Assembly (NCBI GenBank): GCA_964647565.1
Contig: CAZYIM010000001.1
Location: 40,328-104,327, forward strand
Length of the DNA stretch: 64,000 nt
Source of the DNA: an uncultured Methanosarcinales archaeon
GTDB taxonomy: Archaea; Nanobdellota; Nanobdellia; Woesearchaeales; CAZYIM01
Direction: 5' to 3'
Shown here: positions 10,597 through 19,762 of the stretch, one piece after another
Layout of the letters: every line of letters begins with the position of its first letter
Position numbering within the stretch: the stretch's first letter is position 1
The notes under the pieces: model-generated
The model's input: only the letters and a program-made list of their open reading frames with translations
The model's database searches: none
Told to the model about the DNA's origin: nothing
Program-made: the position numbers and the translations under genes

Positions 10597-11178
10597 ATGA
10601 AACCAAAAGATAGAAAGACCAAGAAGATAGTCCTTTTTTCATTGCTAGTCCTGTTTTTAGTTGCGTTGATGAGCCTTCTCCTGTTTATCAGCCCGACAGA
10701 GTTGGTTGATAAGCTCGGTGTTCGAAATGGTTATCTGCTTGCATTCCTTGTTTCCTTCTTCGGCGGTTTTTCTGCTGCAGGCTCTGTCTCATTCATCAGT
10801 TTATTGATCACATTGGTTGCAGGCGGAATGAATCCTGTCATTCTTGGTCTGATCTCAGGTATCAGCCTGGCGATTGGCGACAGTATAATGTTTCTAGCGG
10901 GTTCTAAGGGTAGAGAGTTGGTAAGCGACAAATGGGATAAGAGAATTGAGAATGTCGCTAAATTTATTAAGAAGAGAAAATGGCTTGAGACTTTGGTTCC
11001 ATTACTTGCTTATCTCTATATGGGTTTTGTGCCCCTTCCTAATGATGTGCTTTTGCTATTCCTTGCAGCAATAAAATATCCTAAGAAAAGGATGGCTGTG
11101 ATTATCATCCTAGGTGATATCACCTTTGCCTTGATGATCACTCTTTTGGCTGCAAAAGGCATCACGATATTGCTTTAG
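10597..11178 (+). CDS. Membrane protein (VTT/DedA-like)
   Basis: About 5 TM segments, GLAIGDSIMFLAG and PLPNDV motifs. Confidence 0.6.
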   Translation: MKPKDRKTKKIVLFSLLVLFLVALMSLLLFISPTELVDKLGVRNGYLLAFLVSFFGGFSAAGSVSFISLLITLVAGGMNPVILGLISGISLAIGDSIMFLAGSKGRELVSDKWDKRIENVAKFIKKRKWLETLVPLLAYLYMGFVPLPNDVLLLFLAAIKYPKKRMAVIIILGDITFALMITLLAAKGITILL

Positions 11179-11213
11179 AAAGGTATTTATATTCTTGTTT
11201 ATTCCATTGCTGC

Positions 11214-11480
11214 ATGAGCATCGATGGAATTATATACAGGTTGAAAACAGCTCACGAGACTGGTAAAACTTATGTTCGAAAAGAGATGAGATCAGTAGAT
11301 GCAGAATGGGGATATATCCCTCCTGAACGCCAATACACAGGAAAACCTTTTTGGGATGGATTCATTGACGGCTTCTATATCCTGTTCATTGTCCCTAACT
11401 TAGGATTTGAATACTGTAAAGGCGCTGCTAAAGAGATGTTTAGAAAAGATAATAATATACCACCTCCCAAGAACCAATAA
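11214..11480 (+). CDS. Hypothetical protein
   Basis: ORF preceded by a TTTATA box; no family recognised. Confidence 0.5.
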   Translation: MSIDGIIYRLKTAHETGKTYVRKEMRSVDAEWGYIPPERQYTGKPFWDGFIDGFYILFIVPNLGFEYCKGAAKEMFRKDNNIPPPKNQ

Positions 11481-11549
11481 TCGCAGTATTTCACTTCTAT
11501 TCAGTAAATACTAGAAACATTTATATTCTATGCTTGATTACCTTTTTCT

Positions 11550-12530
11550 ATGGCAGAAGAAAAAGAACTAACTCCTGAACAACAGCAGGCCAGAGCTGAT
11601 CTAAAGACAGGATTCAAGCTTTATTCTGATCGAATTTACCAGCATGCAATAGCCTATTTTGACAAGGCAATTGAGAATGATCCTAAGCTTGAAGAAGCAT
11701 TAATCTGGATGGGCAGGAGTTTTTTGCATTTGGGCGCTCCTGAAGAATATATTGAGTGCTTCAATAAAGCAATCGAGATCAATCCCAAGAACTACTGGAC
11801 TCATTCTGGTCTTGGAACTGTCTATAATAGGATCGGTGAGCTTGAGAAGGCTCTTGAACAGTTTGAGATATCAAAAGAGCTTGCACCTAAAGGTCATGAA
11901 GGCGATCCATATCATGGAATAGGTAAAATACTTGCTCAGCAAGGCAAGACACAAGAAGCAGAGGAAAACCTGCTTAAGGCCAAGGAAATCCATCCTGAAA
12001 AAAAATCATTTCTTTTCACACTCGGCCAGTTTTATTTTGAAAATGAAGATATAGATAAGGCAGAAGAGTTCCTAGAACCTGTGGTCAAAGCTGTTGAATT
12101 AAGTGATGAACACCAAAATACAGGTAACATGATCCTGGCCAAGATCTATCTTGACAGGGAAGATTATAAAAAAGCTGAAAAGCATGTCAGGAATGTTCCT
12201 GAGATAGATCCCTGGATATATACAGTCAGGGCATTCAAGGCCAAGATTGGTTTTGTTGGAAAGAAAGGCGAAATAGAAGAGAACATAGAAACATTGCTTG
12301 AACAAAATGAAAAAGAGCCTAGTGCAGAGAAGTTGAACAAGATTGGCATCATTTATGCTGCTGACGCTTTACCCGAGGCTATTGCCAACTATGAACAGAG
12401 CCTGGAATTCTTTGCGCAGGCGTATGAGATGGACAGGAATCTCAAGGATGCAAGAGAAAACATCTTGACCATAATTAAGATGGACCCAACAAGCGATCTT
12501 AATAAGAACTATTCTCGTAGGCTTTACTAA
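11550..12530 (+). CDS. Tetratricopeptide repeat protein
   Basis: Repeated A..YFDKAIE.DP, G.VY..IG..EKAL..FE TPR patterns. Confidence 0.85.
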   Translation: MAEEKELTPEQQQARADLKTGFKLYSDRIYQHAIAYFDKAIENDPKLEEALIWMGRSFLHLGAPEEYIECFNKAIEINPKNYWTHSGLGTVYNRIGELEKALEQFEISKELAPKGHEGDPYHGIGKILAQQGKTQEAEENLLKAKEIHPEKKSFLFTLGQFYFENEDIDKAEEFLEPVVKAVELSDEHQNTGNMILAKIYLDREDYKKAEKHVRNVPEIDPWIYTVRAFKAKIGFVGKKGEIEENIETLLEQNEKEPSAEKLNKIGIIYAADALPEAIANYEQSLEFFAQAYEMDRNLKDARENILTIIKMDPTSDLNKNYSRRLY

Positions 12531-12575
12531 GCTAGTTCTAGAAAAATATAAAAGCACACTCCTTTTCATGCTATT

Positions 12576-13157
12576 ATGAAAGATGCTCTTCTTGATAAGA
12601 TTAAGATAAAGAATCCTGAAGCAGACATCGATCTGATTGACAAGGCTTATGAATATTCCAAGGAAGCGCACAAGCACCAGTTGCGCAAGTGCGGCACCAA
12701 GCCCTACTTTGTGCATCTCTATGCTGTTGTTGAACTGCTGATTGAATATGATGCCAGTACTGAAGCTATCTGCGCTGCCTTTCTGCATGACACTGTTGAG
12801 GACACAGAGGTTTCTATCGAAGATGTGAAAAAAGAGTTTGGTGAAACGATTGCATTTATTGTCGAAGGCTGCACCAAGATCGAGATCAAGGGTAATAGGA
12901 AGTTAGCTAAGAAAAAGAGCCAGCAGAAGATCATGGAACACGGTGTCAAGGACAAGAAGGTTCTTATAATCAAGGTATGCGACAGATTGCATAACTCACA
13001 TTCTATTCACAATATCGAGGCAGAGTACCAGGAATTGTTTGCCAGAGAGGCGCTTGACTTCTATGTTCCGCTGGCAGAAAGCCTGGGCATGAAAAAAGCA
13101 GCAGAGAAAATAAGAGAAAATGCAGAGAAGCATCTGAAAAAATTGGACAAACTTTAA
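12576..13157 (+). CDS. RelA/SpoT-type HD domain protein (small alarmone hydrolase-like)
   Basis: RKCGTKPYFVH, AAFLHDTVEDT, IKVCDRLHN and YVPLAESLG match the RSH hydrolase domain. Confidence 0.85.
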   Translation: MKDALLDKIKIKNPEADIDLIDKAYEYSKEAHKHQLRKCGTKPYFVHLYAVVELLIEYDASTEAICAAFLHDTVEDTEVSIEDVKKEFGETIAFIVEGCTKIEIKGNRKLAKKKSQQKIMEHGVKDKKVLIIKVCDRLHNSHSIHNIEAEYQELFAREALDFYVPLAESLGMKKAAEKIRENAEKHLKKLDKL

Positions 13158-13182
13158 AAAGAGTCCTTCCAACTTCTAATCT

Positions 13183-14349
13183 ATGCCGGTTCACAGAATA
13201 CATTTCATGCATGATTTCTTTGTAAAGAAGGAGATGAACCTGATCTATCTGTCTTTTTTTATCATAACATTTGCAGAGAGCATGATCGGCATATTCATAC
13301 CAGTCTATCTCTACAAGCTCAACTACCCAATTACAGAGATCATCCTGTTCTACCTGTTGATCAGCCTGTTTTTTGTGGCATTCTCAATATTGGGAGCAAA
13401 GACAGTCTCAAAGGTCGGGGTTAAGCATGCTATCCTGTTTTCAACGCCATTCCTGATTTTATTCTATGTATTGATGAACTATATCCAATATTCAAGATTG
13501 CTTTTTTTTCTATTGCCCTTATTGATATCATTGAACATGATTTGCTTTAACTACGGATTCCACCTCAACTTCATCCTGCATTCAAACCAGAAGAAAAGAG
13601 GCAAGGAGCTCTCTACTCTGGGCATACTATCCATATTTTCTACGGCTCTTGGCCCTCTGTTTGCAGGACTGATAATTGCGTTCTTCGGCTTCACAGCGCT
13701 TTTTGTGGCAGGCGCAATCATATTAGTGGCGGGAGTATTGCCACTCTTCCTGACAGATGAACACTATGAGAAGACAGGAATAGATCCTAAAAAGACCATC
13801 AATTATATTACAGACAGGCGAAACTGGCACAAGTTCTTTAGCTTCACTGGCTATGCCATTGAGGAGATCATCAGCAGGATTCTATGGCCCATCTTCTTAA
13901 TCATCCTTCTTTTGACAACAGAGAAGGTTGGCTTTATCGTGACGCTTACCTTCATCATATCAATCTTTGTCTATTATATAATAGGCAAGTTTACAGACAA
14001 GTACGACAGGGGTAACCTGTTGAAGATCGGATCAATCTTGTATTTCTTTGGCTGGCTGGGCAGGATATTTGCCACCTCAGCTCTAAAGGTGGTGATTGTA
14101 GACTCCTACAAGAACCTCTCCCAAAAAGTGCTTCATGTCCCATGGTCCGCCAAGTCATATGACATAGCAGCCAGGGAGAACTATTACATGTTCATTGTTG
14201 CCAGGGAGATCATATTCAACCTAGCAAGAGTGATTGTATTGCCATTCATAATCATGATTTTCTATATTGGCTTCTATCCATTCATAACATCCTTTTTAGT
14301 CGCAGCATTGTTCACTTTGCTTTATCCGATGTTGAATAAAACAAAATGA
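13183..14349 (+). CDS. MFS transporter
   Basis: About 12 TM segments; IGKFTDKYDR loop motif. Confidence 0.8.
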   Translation: MPVHRIHFMHDFFVKKEMNLIYLSFFIITFAESMIGIFIPVYLYKLNYPITEIILFYLLISLFFVAFSILGAKTVSKVGVKHAILFSTPFLILFYVLMNYIQYSRLLFFLLPLLISLNMICFNYGFHLNFILHSNQKKRGKELSTLGILSIFSTALGPLFAGLIIAFFGFTALFVAGAIILVAGVLPLFLTDEHYEKTGIDPKKTINYITDRRNWHKFFSFTGYAIEEIISRILWPIFLIILLLTTEKVGFIVTLTFIISIFVYYIIGKFTDKYDRGNLLKIGSILYFFGWLGRIFATSALKVVIVDSYKNLSQKVLHVPWSAKSYDIAARENYYMFIVAREIIFNLARVIVLPFIIMIFYIGFYPFITSFLVAALFTLLYPMLNKTK

Positions 14350-14978
14350 AATATAAACTGATAAGTTTGGACATGGATGGAGTCATCTTTAAGAAAGACA
14401 ACTTCTGGATGAATCTGCATAAAGCCTTGGGCACCTATGAACAGGGCAAGGAGCTGACCAGGAAATACCTAAGAGAAGACTATGCTAAACTAGTTGAAGA
14501 GGTTGTCAATAAGCTTTGGAAGGGAAAAAGTGCTGATGCATATTTTGAGCTTGTGAAGACAAGTAAATATAATCCAGGTGTCAAAGAAGCTGTAGCAAGT
14601 ATGAAAAAAATGGGTTTTGAGCTCTGCATCATAACCTCAGGTCCCAGAGGATTGCTGGATAGGGCTAAAATAGAACTGGGTATTGAAGATGGGGTTTCAA
14701 ATGATCTGGTCATCAAGGATAATTTAATCACAGGAGAATTCATATGCCCGATTGCTGCAGACAACAAGCGTCCGATCCTGGCAGAGATCTGCCTGAAACA
14801 TGGAATCAGTGAAAAAGAGGTCATTGCCATCGGCAATGGATACAATGATGTCCCAAAGTTTGAGATGGCCGGCTTTTCCATTGCTTTTAATTCTCATTGC
14901 AAGGAGCTTAACAAGATAGCAGATGTTGTTGTAGAAGGCAATGATATGAGAGATGTTCTGGAAGTACTACCGAAATGA
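14346..14978 (+). CDS. HAD-superfamily phosphatase (phosphoserine phosphatase-like)
   Basis: LDMDGVIF, ITSG, K, AIGNGYNDV motifs. Confidence 0.8.
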   Translation: MKYKLISLDMDGVIFKKDNFWMNLHKALGTYEQGKELTRKYLREDYAKLVEEVVNKLWKGKSADAYFELVKTSKYNPGVKEAVASMKKMGFELCIITSGPRGLLDRAKIELGIEDGVSNDLVIKDNLITGEFICPIAADNKRPILAEICLKHGISEKEVIAIGNGYNDVPKFEMAGFSIAFNSHCKELNKIADVVVEGNDMRDVLEVLPK

Positions 14979-14979
14979 T

Positions 14980-15097
14980 AATTAAGTTACGTTCTACTTC
15001 GCTTTCTTCGGAAAAAAACTCAGAAAACTACGTCGCGCCATGCCACGAATGCCTCGCATTCAGTGGCTATCACGGCAGCGACGGCCGTAATTTAATT
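14980..15097. ncRNA. Candidate structured RNA/ssDNA element, copy 1 (homologous to 60044-60208)
   Basis: Closing stem AATTAAGTTACG/CGTAATTTAATT. Core CTACTTCGCT...AACTACGTCGCGCC...ACGGC-AGCGACGGC. Hairpin GCCAC-GAATGC-CTC-GCATTC-A-GTGGC. Confidence 0.6.
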
Positions 15098-15115
15098 AAT
15101 GCAATCTAAGAAATC

Positions 15116-15658
15116 TTACTCTTCATCCTTGACATAGTGATGGTCAAAGTTCTCGTCAGCAATAGGTGCAAAAGGATCCATATGCAACAAGTTTAGGGCT
15201 GCCTTGGCGCCTGTTTTCAATTGGTGTGCATGACCCGATGCAACCTGCTTTACGCCTTGTTTAAGTTTGTTGGCGACCTTGTCCAGAACAAGAGTGCATT
15301 CTCCTTCAAGATTGATAAAGGTCTCGACCACATTGTTATGGAAATGATGGGAAGTTACACAATTGGGCGGGATTACCTGCACCAAAATCCCCTTCTTCAC
15401 ATGCATGCCAGGATATCTTGCTTGTGATCCTGCAGAGCACTGGAATTTCTCCTCAGAGAGTTCCCTATAATATAACCTATGGTCATGTCCATTGAATTTA
15501 GGAAGAAGGATGGATTTCATGTGCTTGTCAAGAAAGGTCTTTTCCTTGGTCCGAACAGAAATAAAGTCTACGTTATGCTGCATATCAAGAAATTCATCCT
15601 CTGTCAAGTCCCTAGTTATAAGTGTGAACCTGTCCTTGGGAACCAATCTGACCCTCAT
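15116..15658 (-). CDS. Cupin domain protein
   Basis: C-terminal cupin motifs TSHHFHNNVVETF..LEG and VASGHAHQL. Confidence 0.75.
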   Translation of the reverse strand: MRVRLVPKDRFTLITRDLTEDEFLDMQHNVDFISVRTKEKTFLDKHMKSILLPKFNGHDHRLYYRELSEEKFQCSAGSQARYPGMHVKKGILVQVIPPNCVTSHHFHNNVVETFINLEGECTLVLDKVANKLKQGVKQVASGHAHQLKTGAKAALNLLHMDPFAPIADENFDHHYVKDEE

Positions 15659-15712
15659 GAAAGCTTGAAAAAATCACAGTTTTTATAAATCTTTCCCATA
15701 TCTCTTATATTC

Positions 15713-16471
15713 ATGGAAACCGACAAACTTGAATTTGACTTTGTAATTAACCTTCATGAACTGCTTGACAATAAGAATGGTGACGCTGTCAAGGAAGACA
15801 TGCGAAGGGTTGTTGAGACAATACGAGAAAGGGAGCATGGAAACCACATAACCATCAAGTGTATTCTTGAAGTATGTTACCTTACTGATGCTGAGATAGA
15901 GCTTCTATGCAAATGGTGCTTAGAATTGGGCATAGACTTTGTGAAGACATCAACTGGCTTTGGAACTGGAGATATAGATATGCACAAGATCCGCGTAATG
16001 AAAGAATCTGTTGGCGATGAAGCTGAGATCAAAGCTGCTGGCGGAATAGACACCTATGAAGAATTCATGGAAGCAATTGAACTCGGCGCACACAGGATCG
16101 GAGCCAGCAAAGGTGTGAAGCTGGTTGAGATGCATAAAGAACATAAGCACATGGACATGTCTGACAAGCAGTTTGCTTCATATATAGACCACACTTTCTT
16201 ATATCCTGACGGTGAAGCAAATGATATCCAACAAATTGCAAAAGAAGTTGATGAATATGGATTTGCAGCATGCGTATGCAGACCAGAATTTGTAAAGGAT
16301 GCGCTTGTTGTTCTTAAGGACTCAGATGCCAAGATCGGGTCATGCATCGGCTTTTCTGGACTTGTTGCCAAGGACAAGGATGGCAAAACAGGCTTTATGC
16401 GATATAACATCCCAACAGAGCAGAAGATAGCAGAGATCGAGAAGAGCTTCGAGGCCTTGAAAGGATTTTAG
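15713..16471 (+). CDS. deoC: Deoxyribose-phosphate aldolase, circularly permuted
   Basis: EFDFVIN, KCILE, DFVKTSTGF, IKAAGGI and RIGAS come first; the normally N-terminal ASYIDHT...YGFAACVCRP...CIGF segment follows. Confidence 0.85.
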   Translation: METDKLEFDFVINLHELLDNKNGDAVKEDMRRVVETIREREHGNHITIKCILEVCYLTDAEIELLCKWCLELGIDFVKTSTGFGTGDIDMHKIRVMKESVGDEAEIKAAGGIDTYEEFMEAIELGAHRIGASKGVKLVEMHKEHKHMDMSDKQFASYIDHTFLYPDGEANDIQQIAKEVDEYGFAACVCRPEFVKDALVVLKDSDAKIGSCIGFSGLVAKDKDGKTGFMRYNIPTEQKIAEIEKSFEALKGF

Positions 16472-16719
16472 ATTTATTTTTTCTTTAGTTCTTCAAAACC
16501 AATCGTATCATTGGGAAATAGGTGAAGAACATAGTTGCCCTCTGATAGTATCCCTTGCATTGTCCTGTATCTTGTTAAGGCTGCATTTTACGGAAAAGTT
16601 ATGGCGACAAATAATTATTTATCATCTCCTAGTAGTAAATTTACGAAATATTTAAATACAAAAAGCTATTTCTTAGACGATATTTTAAAATAACTATAGA
16701 TTCATTTCAGGCGAGTAAA

Positions 16720-17994
16720 TTGGAAAAGATCATAGATGACCCAAGAAGCGGTAAGATCAAAAAGAGAAAGAAGACCCAGATCACAGATATAAACTCAGCA
16801 CCTTCAGTTACGCGGTCAAAAAAAGGATTTTCAGAAGGAGGGCAACTTCTAAACTATATTGAACATATTGAAAAAAGCCTAGATAATCTGATATTTGAAT
16901 ATGGTTCGAATTCAATCCAGTTCCACATGCATGCCCAGATGTTGAATGTTTTCCAAGCCCAAAAAACCTTGTTCCAACAGTATGGAACCTCTAATTCCAA
17001 AGATTATATGCCAATTATGAGATCTGGTTTACCATCTGTAGACGCATTGAACTCAAATCTTGAAAAAATATGTCGGTTAACAAGAAAAAATCCGGATTTC
17101 AAGATCATTGCCGCCAGGATGAAAAAAGGCCTCACTGGAAAAAACAAAGGCAAGAGCAAGCACATCTACACTCTCGTATCAGAAAATGATTTTAATCTTG
17201 AATTTGAAAACTTCAAGGGTTTCGAACTGCTTTCTCAAAAAGGATTTCAACTAAGCCAGACAGAAAAAGGAGAACTAGTTCTTGATTTCAAAGAAGATAT
17301 CTTTGTAGATGCTCCTGATGAGATCTCGAAGAAATTCCCTGCATTGATACGTGAAGGAAAAGTAACATACAAGATGGCATGGAAGAAACTAATCGATGAA
17401 TTCGAAGTCTCTTATTTCTTGCCTAATACATCATTAGTGCTCCAGGAAAACACTATTGAATCTGAAGAGAAAAATTTCGATGATATTTGCAGGACATACA
17501 AATTCAGGTCAAGTCATTATAATATGTATATACCTCCTTTCTCTTATTGGAGTCCAAAGATGATAAATTATGCTAAATTCTTGGCTTCTGGCCAAAGGGC
17601 AAGGATGGCAAGCACAACAGATATTCTCAATAAATTGTCAGAGACATATGAGCAAAAAGTGGTTTTAAAAGATGTTAAAGAAGAAGCAATGAATGATATT
17701 CTTAAATTTTCTGACGTGCCCTTTGAAAATGCACCTGAGACCGCTCCGAGTGCCAAAGAACTAAAAGAACTGAATATTTCCACTAAATTTGATTTAATGC
17801 TGGAATCTGGCAGTATAAACATCGGAACTCTGGATTTCACATTACCCGGAGTTTACCAAGTATCTGCTTATATAGGAACTGTTAGTAGGTTTCTAAAAGG
17901 CCATATGAGTCTAAAAATCTTCGGCGGTAGTGTTGGAAATGAAACCCAATATAAAACTCTTCAAAAATCACTAAAAACAGTAAAAATGAGATGA
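16720..17994 (+). CDS. Divergent type I phosphoribosyltransferase (UPRTase-like) with a large internal insertion
   Basis: MPIMRSGLPSVDAL resembles UPRT VPILRAGLGMMDG. DLMLESGSINIGTLDF resembles DPMLATGGSVIATIDL. The C-terminal strand-helix-strand order also matches. Confidence 0.55.
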   Translation: MEKIIDDPRSGKIKKRKKTQITDINSAPSVTRSKKGFSEGGQLLNYIEHIEKSLDNLIFEYGSNSIQFHMHAQMLNVFQAQKTLFQQYGTSNSKDYMPIMRSGLPSVDALNSNLEKICRLTRKNPDFKIIAARMKKGLTGKNKGKSKHIYTLVSENDFNLEFENFKGFELLSQKGFQLSQTEKGELVLDFKEDIFVDAPDEISKKFPALIREGKVTYKMAWKKLIDEFEVSYFLPNTSLVLQENTIESEEKNFDDICRTYKFRSSHYNMYIPPFSYWSPKMINYAKFLASGQRARMASTTDILNKLSETYEQKVVLKDVKEEAMNDILKFSDVPFENAPETAPSAKELKELNISTKFDLMLESGSINIGTLDFTLPGVYQVSAYIGTVSRFLKGHMSLKIFGGSVGNETQYKTLQKSLKTVKMR

Positions 17995-17998
17995 TCAT

Positions 17999-18682
17999 AT
18001 GGAAAAATTTCTTTCTAAAATAATCAACGATATCAATAAAAGATATACTATTGAAGCCCTTTACATATATGGATCTTATGTAAATGGGTATTATAGGGCA
18101 GACTCTGATATTGACATTGTTAGTATTTCTTCTCAGGATGCTAAAAGAAAACCTGTAAATATCAAACCAAATATAAGCCTGCATATTATACACCCAACAT
18201 TAACAGACGATTATAATTATACAATCCCTTATTCGCATTTAAGGATGGTCCCGGTCATAAACAAGAAAAAATGTGAAGAGATTTCTGACAAGATGAAGTT
18301 GGAACTGGTCAGAAGGCAGCTTATCAGATTTAAGGATCGTGGGAAAACAGACTTTAATGTTCTGGATCCGATAATCAACTACTTATATTCATACTCATCT
18401 TTAAGGCCCTGGCGTGTAAAACCCATTAAAAGGACATTGGCATCAAAAGACTCCCTGAATATCCTGATGAACGCATACAGGAAAGTATTTGACTTATTGG
18501 AAGAAAAGCGAGTGATAATGAGAAATGGGGGGAGATATAAAATCAATCCAGATCATGTCTTTGATAAAGGCTTTGATAAACAAAAAGACGGTTTTCTCTA
18601 CAAGGTAAGAGAATCATATCTGGGTTATTATTATCTGCGCACATTTCCCGATATTATCAAATTCAACAAGATAAGAATTTAA
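17999..18682 (+). CDS. Minimal nucleotidyltransferase (pol-beta/MNT) domain protein with C-terminal extension
   Basis: YIYGSYVNGYYRADSDIDIV motif. Confidence 0.8.
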   Translation: MEKFLSKIINDINKRYTIEALYIYGSYVNGYYRADSDIDIVSISSQDAKRKPVNIKPNISLHIIHPTLTDDYNYTIPYSHLRMVPVINKKKCEEISDKMKLELVRRQLIRFKDRGKTDFNVLDPIINYLYSYSSLRPWRVKPIKRTLASKDSLNILMNAYRKVFDLLEEKRVIMRNGGRYKINPDHVFDKGFDKQKDGFLYKVRESYLGYYYLRTFPDIIKFNKIRI

Positions 18683-18745
18683 ATTTTCGTCACCATCTTA
18701 TCACAAAGGAATGTTTTTATATAATTCTTCATTACTGGTTTTAAA

Positions 18746-19702
18746 ATGACACTATTTCCAGATTATTATGAACCATATCGAAAAGCTGGCTTTTCATTCG
18801 AAGAGTACCAGGAGATTGAACAAAAATCCATGTGGGAAGCCCTGAAAGTAAAGAGGCAGATGGATAAGGAGAACGAAGAAAGAAGAGTAAAGCTGATTGC
18901 CAGCTACACACCGCAGAAGCTCTTCAAGGAGTTCCTCTCCTTCCAAAAGAAGTTCGAGGAGAATGACCGAAGGAATTTCTGGTATAAGAGCGATGGTGAT
19001 AAAAAAGCACCAAAGAGATTCAAATTGCGAGGGCCTAGAAAGGTAGTCCGAAAAACCCCTAAAGAGAAGGTATTCAATGGAAAATTGCTTATGCAGAAGA
19101 TCCGAGACGGGATTGATACAGTTGTAAGTCCTGTTGAATCCACTATCAGCAGCGGTGTTGATAAGATCAAAAGGGACAACCTTTCAAAGCAGATGAATGC
19201 CTATCTTGCTGACAAATTCGACATCCATCCATACAGCTGGGACGAGCTTCCTGATAAGGCAAAAGAGGATTTTGAACTGAATGGATCATCAGGGTACAAT
19301 CCCTTAGTCATACCATTGCACAAGGGAGAGGACTATGTGCATATGCAGTTCATGGCCAATCTTGACTATCATGAATGGCACTTCTTTGATTTCAAGGGTG
19401 TTGATCATATGCTTTGTTTCCTTGATAGTAAGGATATAGTAAGAAGGACTCATGTGCTCATGGATATTGACCATGCAATGGATGATGATTATCTCTTAGA
19501 TCTAGGTTCTAAGATACAGTCTTATTTTCTGGAGAACAGGAAAAAAGAGCTAAGGGATGCTGTGCTGATTCCGATCAAAGCACATCATATCGAAATCCAG
19601 GAAGCTTTTAGTCTCAAACCTGAAGAAAAGCGAAAAAGAAGAGCAAAGGGAAAGATAGTGACAGTAGATTACAGGTTTGTTGATCCTAAGACTGTAAAGT
19701 AA
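18746..19702 (+). CDS. Hypothetical protein
   Basis: 318-aa ORF with charged N-terminal helices; no family recognised. Confidence 0.65.
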   Translation: MTLFPDYYEPYRKAGFSFEEYQEIEQKSMWEALKVKRQMDKENEERRVKLIASYTPQKLFKEFLSFQKKFEENDRRNFWYKSDGDKKAPKRFKLRGPRKVVRKTPKEKVFNGKLLMQKIRDGIDTVVSPVESTISSGVDKIKRDNLSKQMNAYLADKFDIHPYSWDELPDKAKEDFELNGSSGYNPLVIPLHKGEDYVHMQFMANLDYHEWHFFDFKGVDHMLCFLDSKDIVRRTHVLMDIDHAMDDDYLLDLGSKIQSYFLENRKKELRDAVLIPIKAHHIEIQEAFSLKPEEKRKRRAKGKIVTVDYRFVDPKTVK

Positions 19703-19762
19703 TTCAACAACATTTAAATATGAACCATTTTTTTCTATTCTTATAGCTCAAAGGGTGATAAT

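Noticed and set aside
14980-15097. tRNA or a known self-cleaving ribozyme
   Set aside because: No cloverleaf or T-loop GTTCRA, and I could not match hammerhead, HDV, twister or pistol consensus cores by eye.
16472-16640. Possible minus-strand gene remnant (..AALTRYRTMQGILSEGNYVLHLFPNDTIGFEELKKK)
   Set aside because: An in-frame stop lies just upstream, there is no convincing start and no recognisable family; too short to support.
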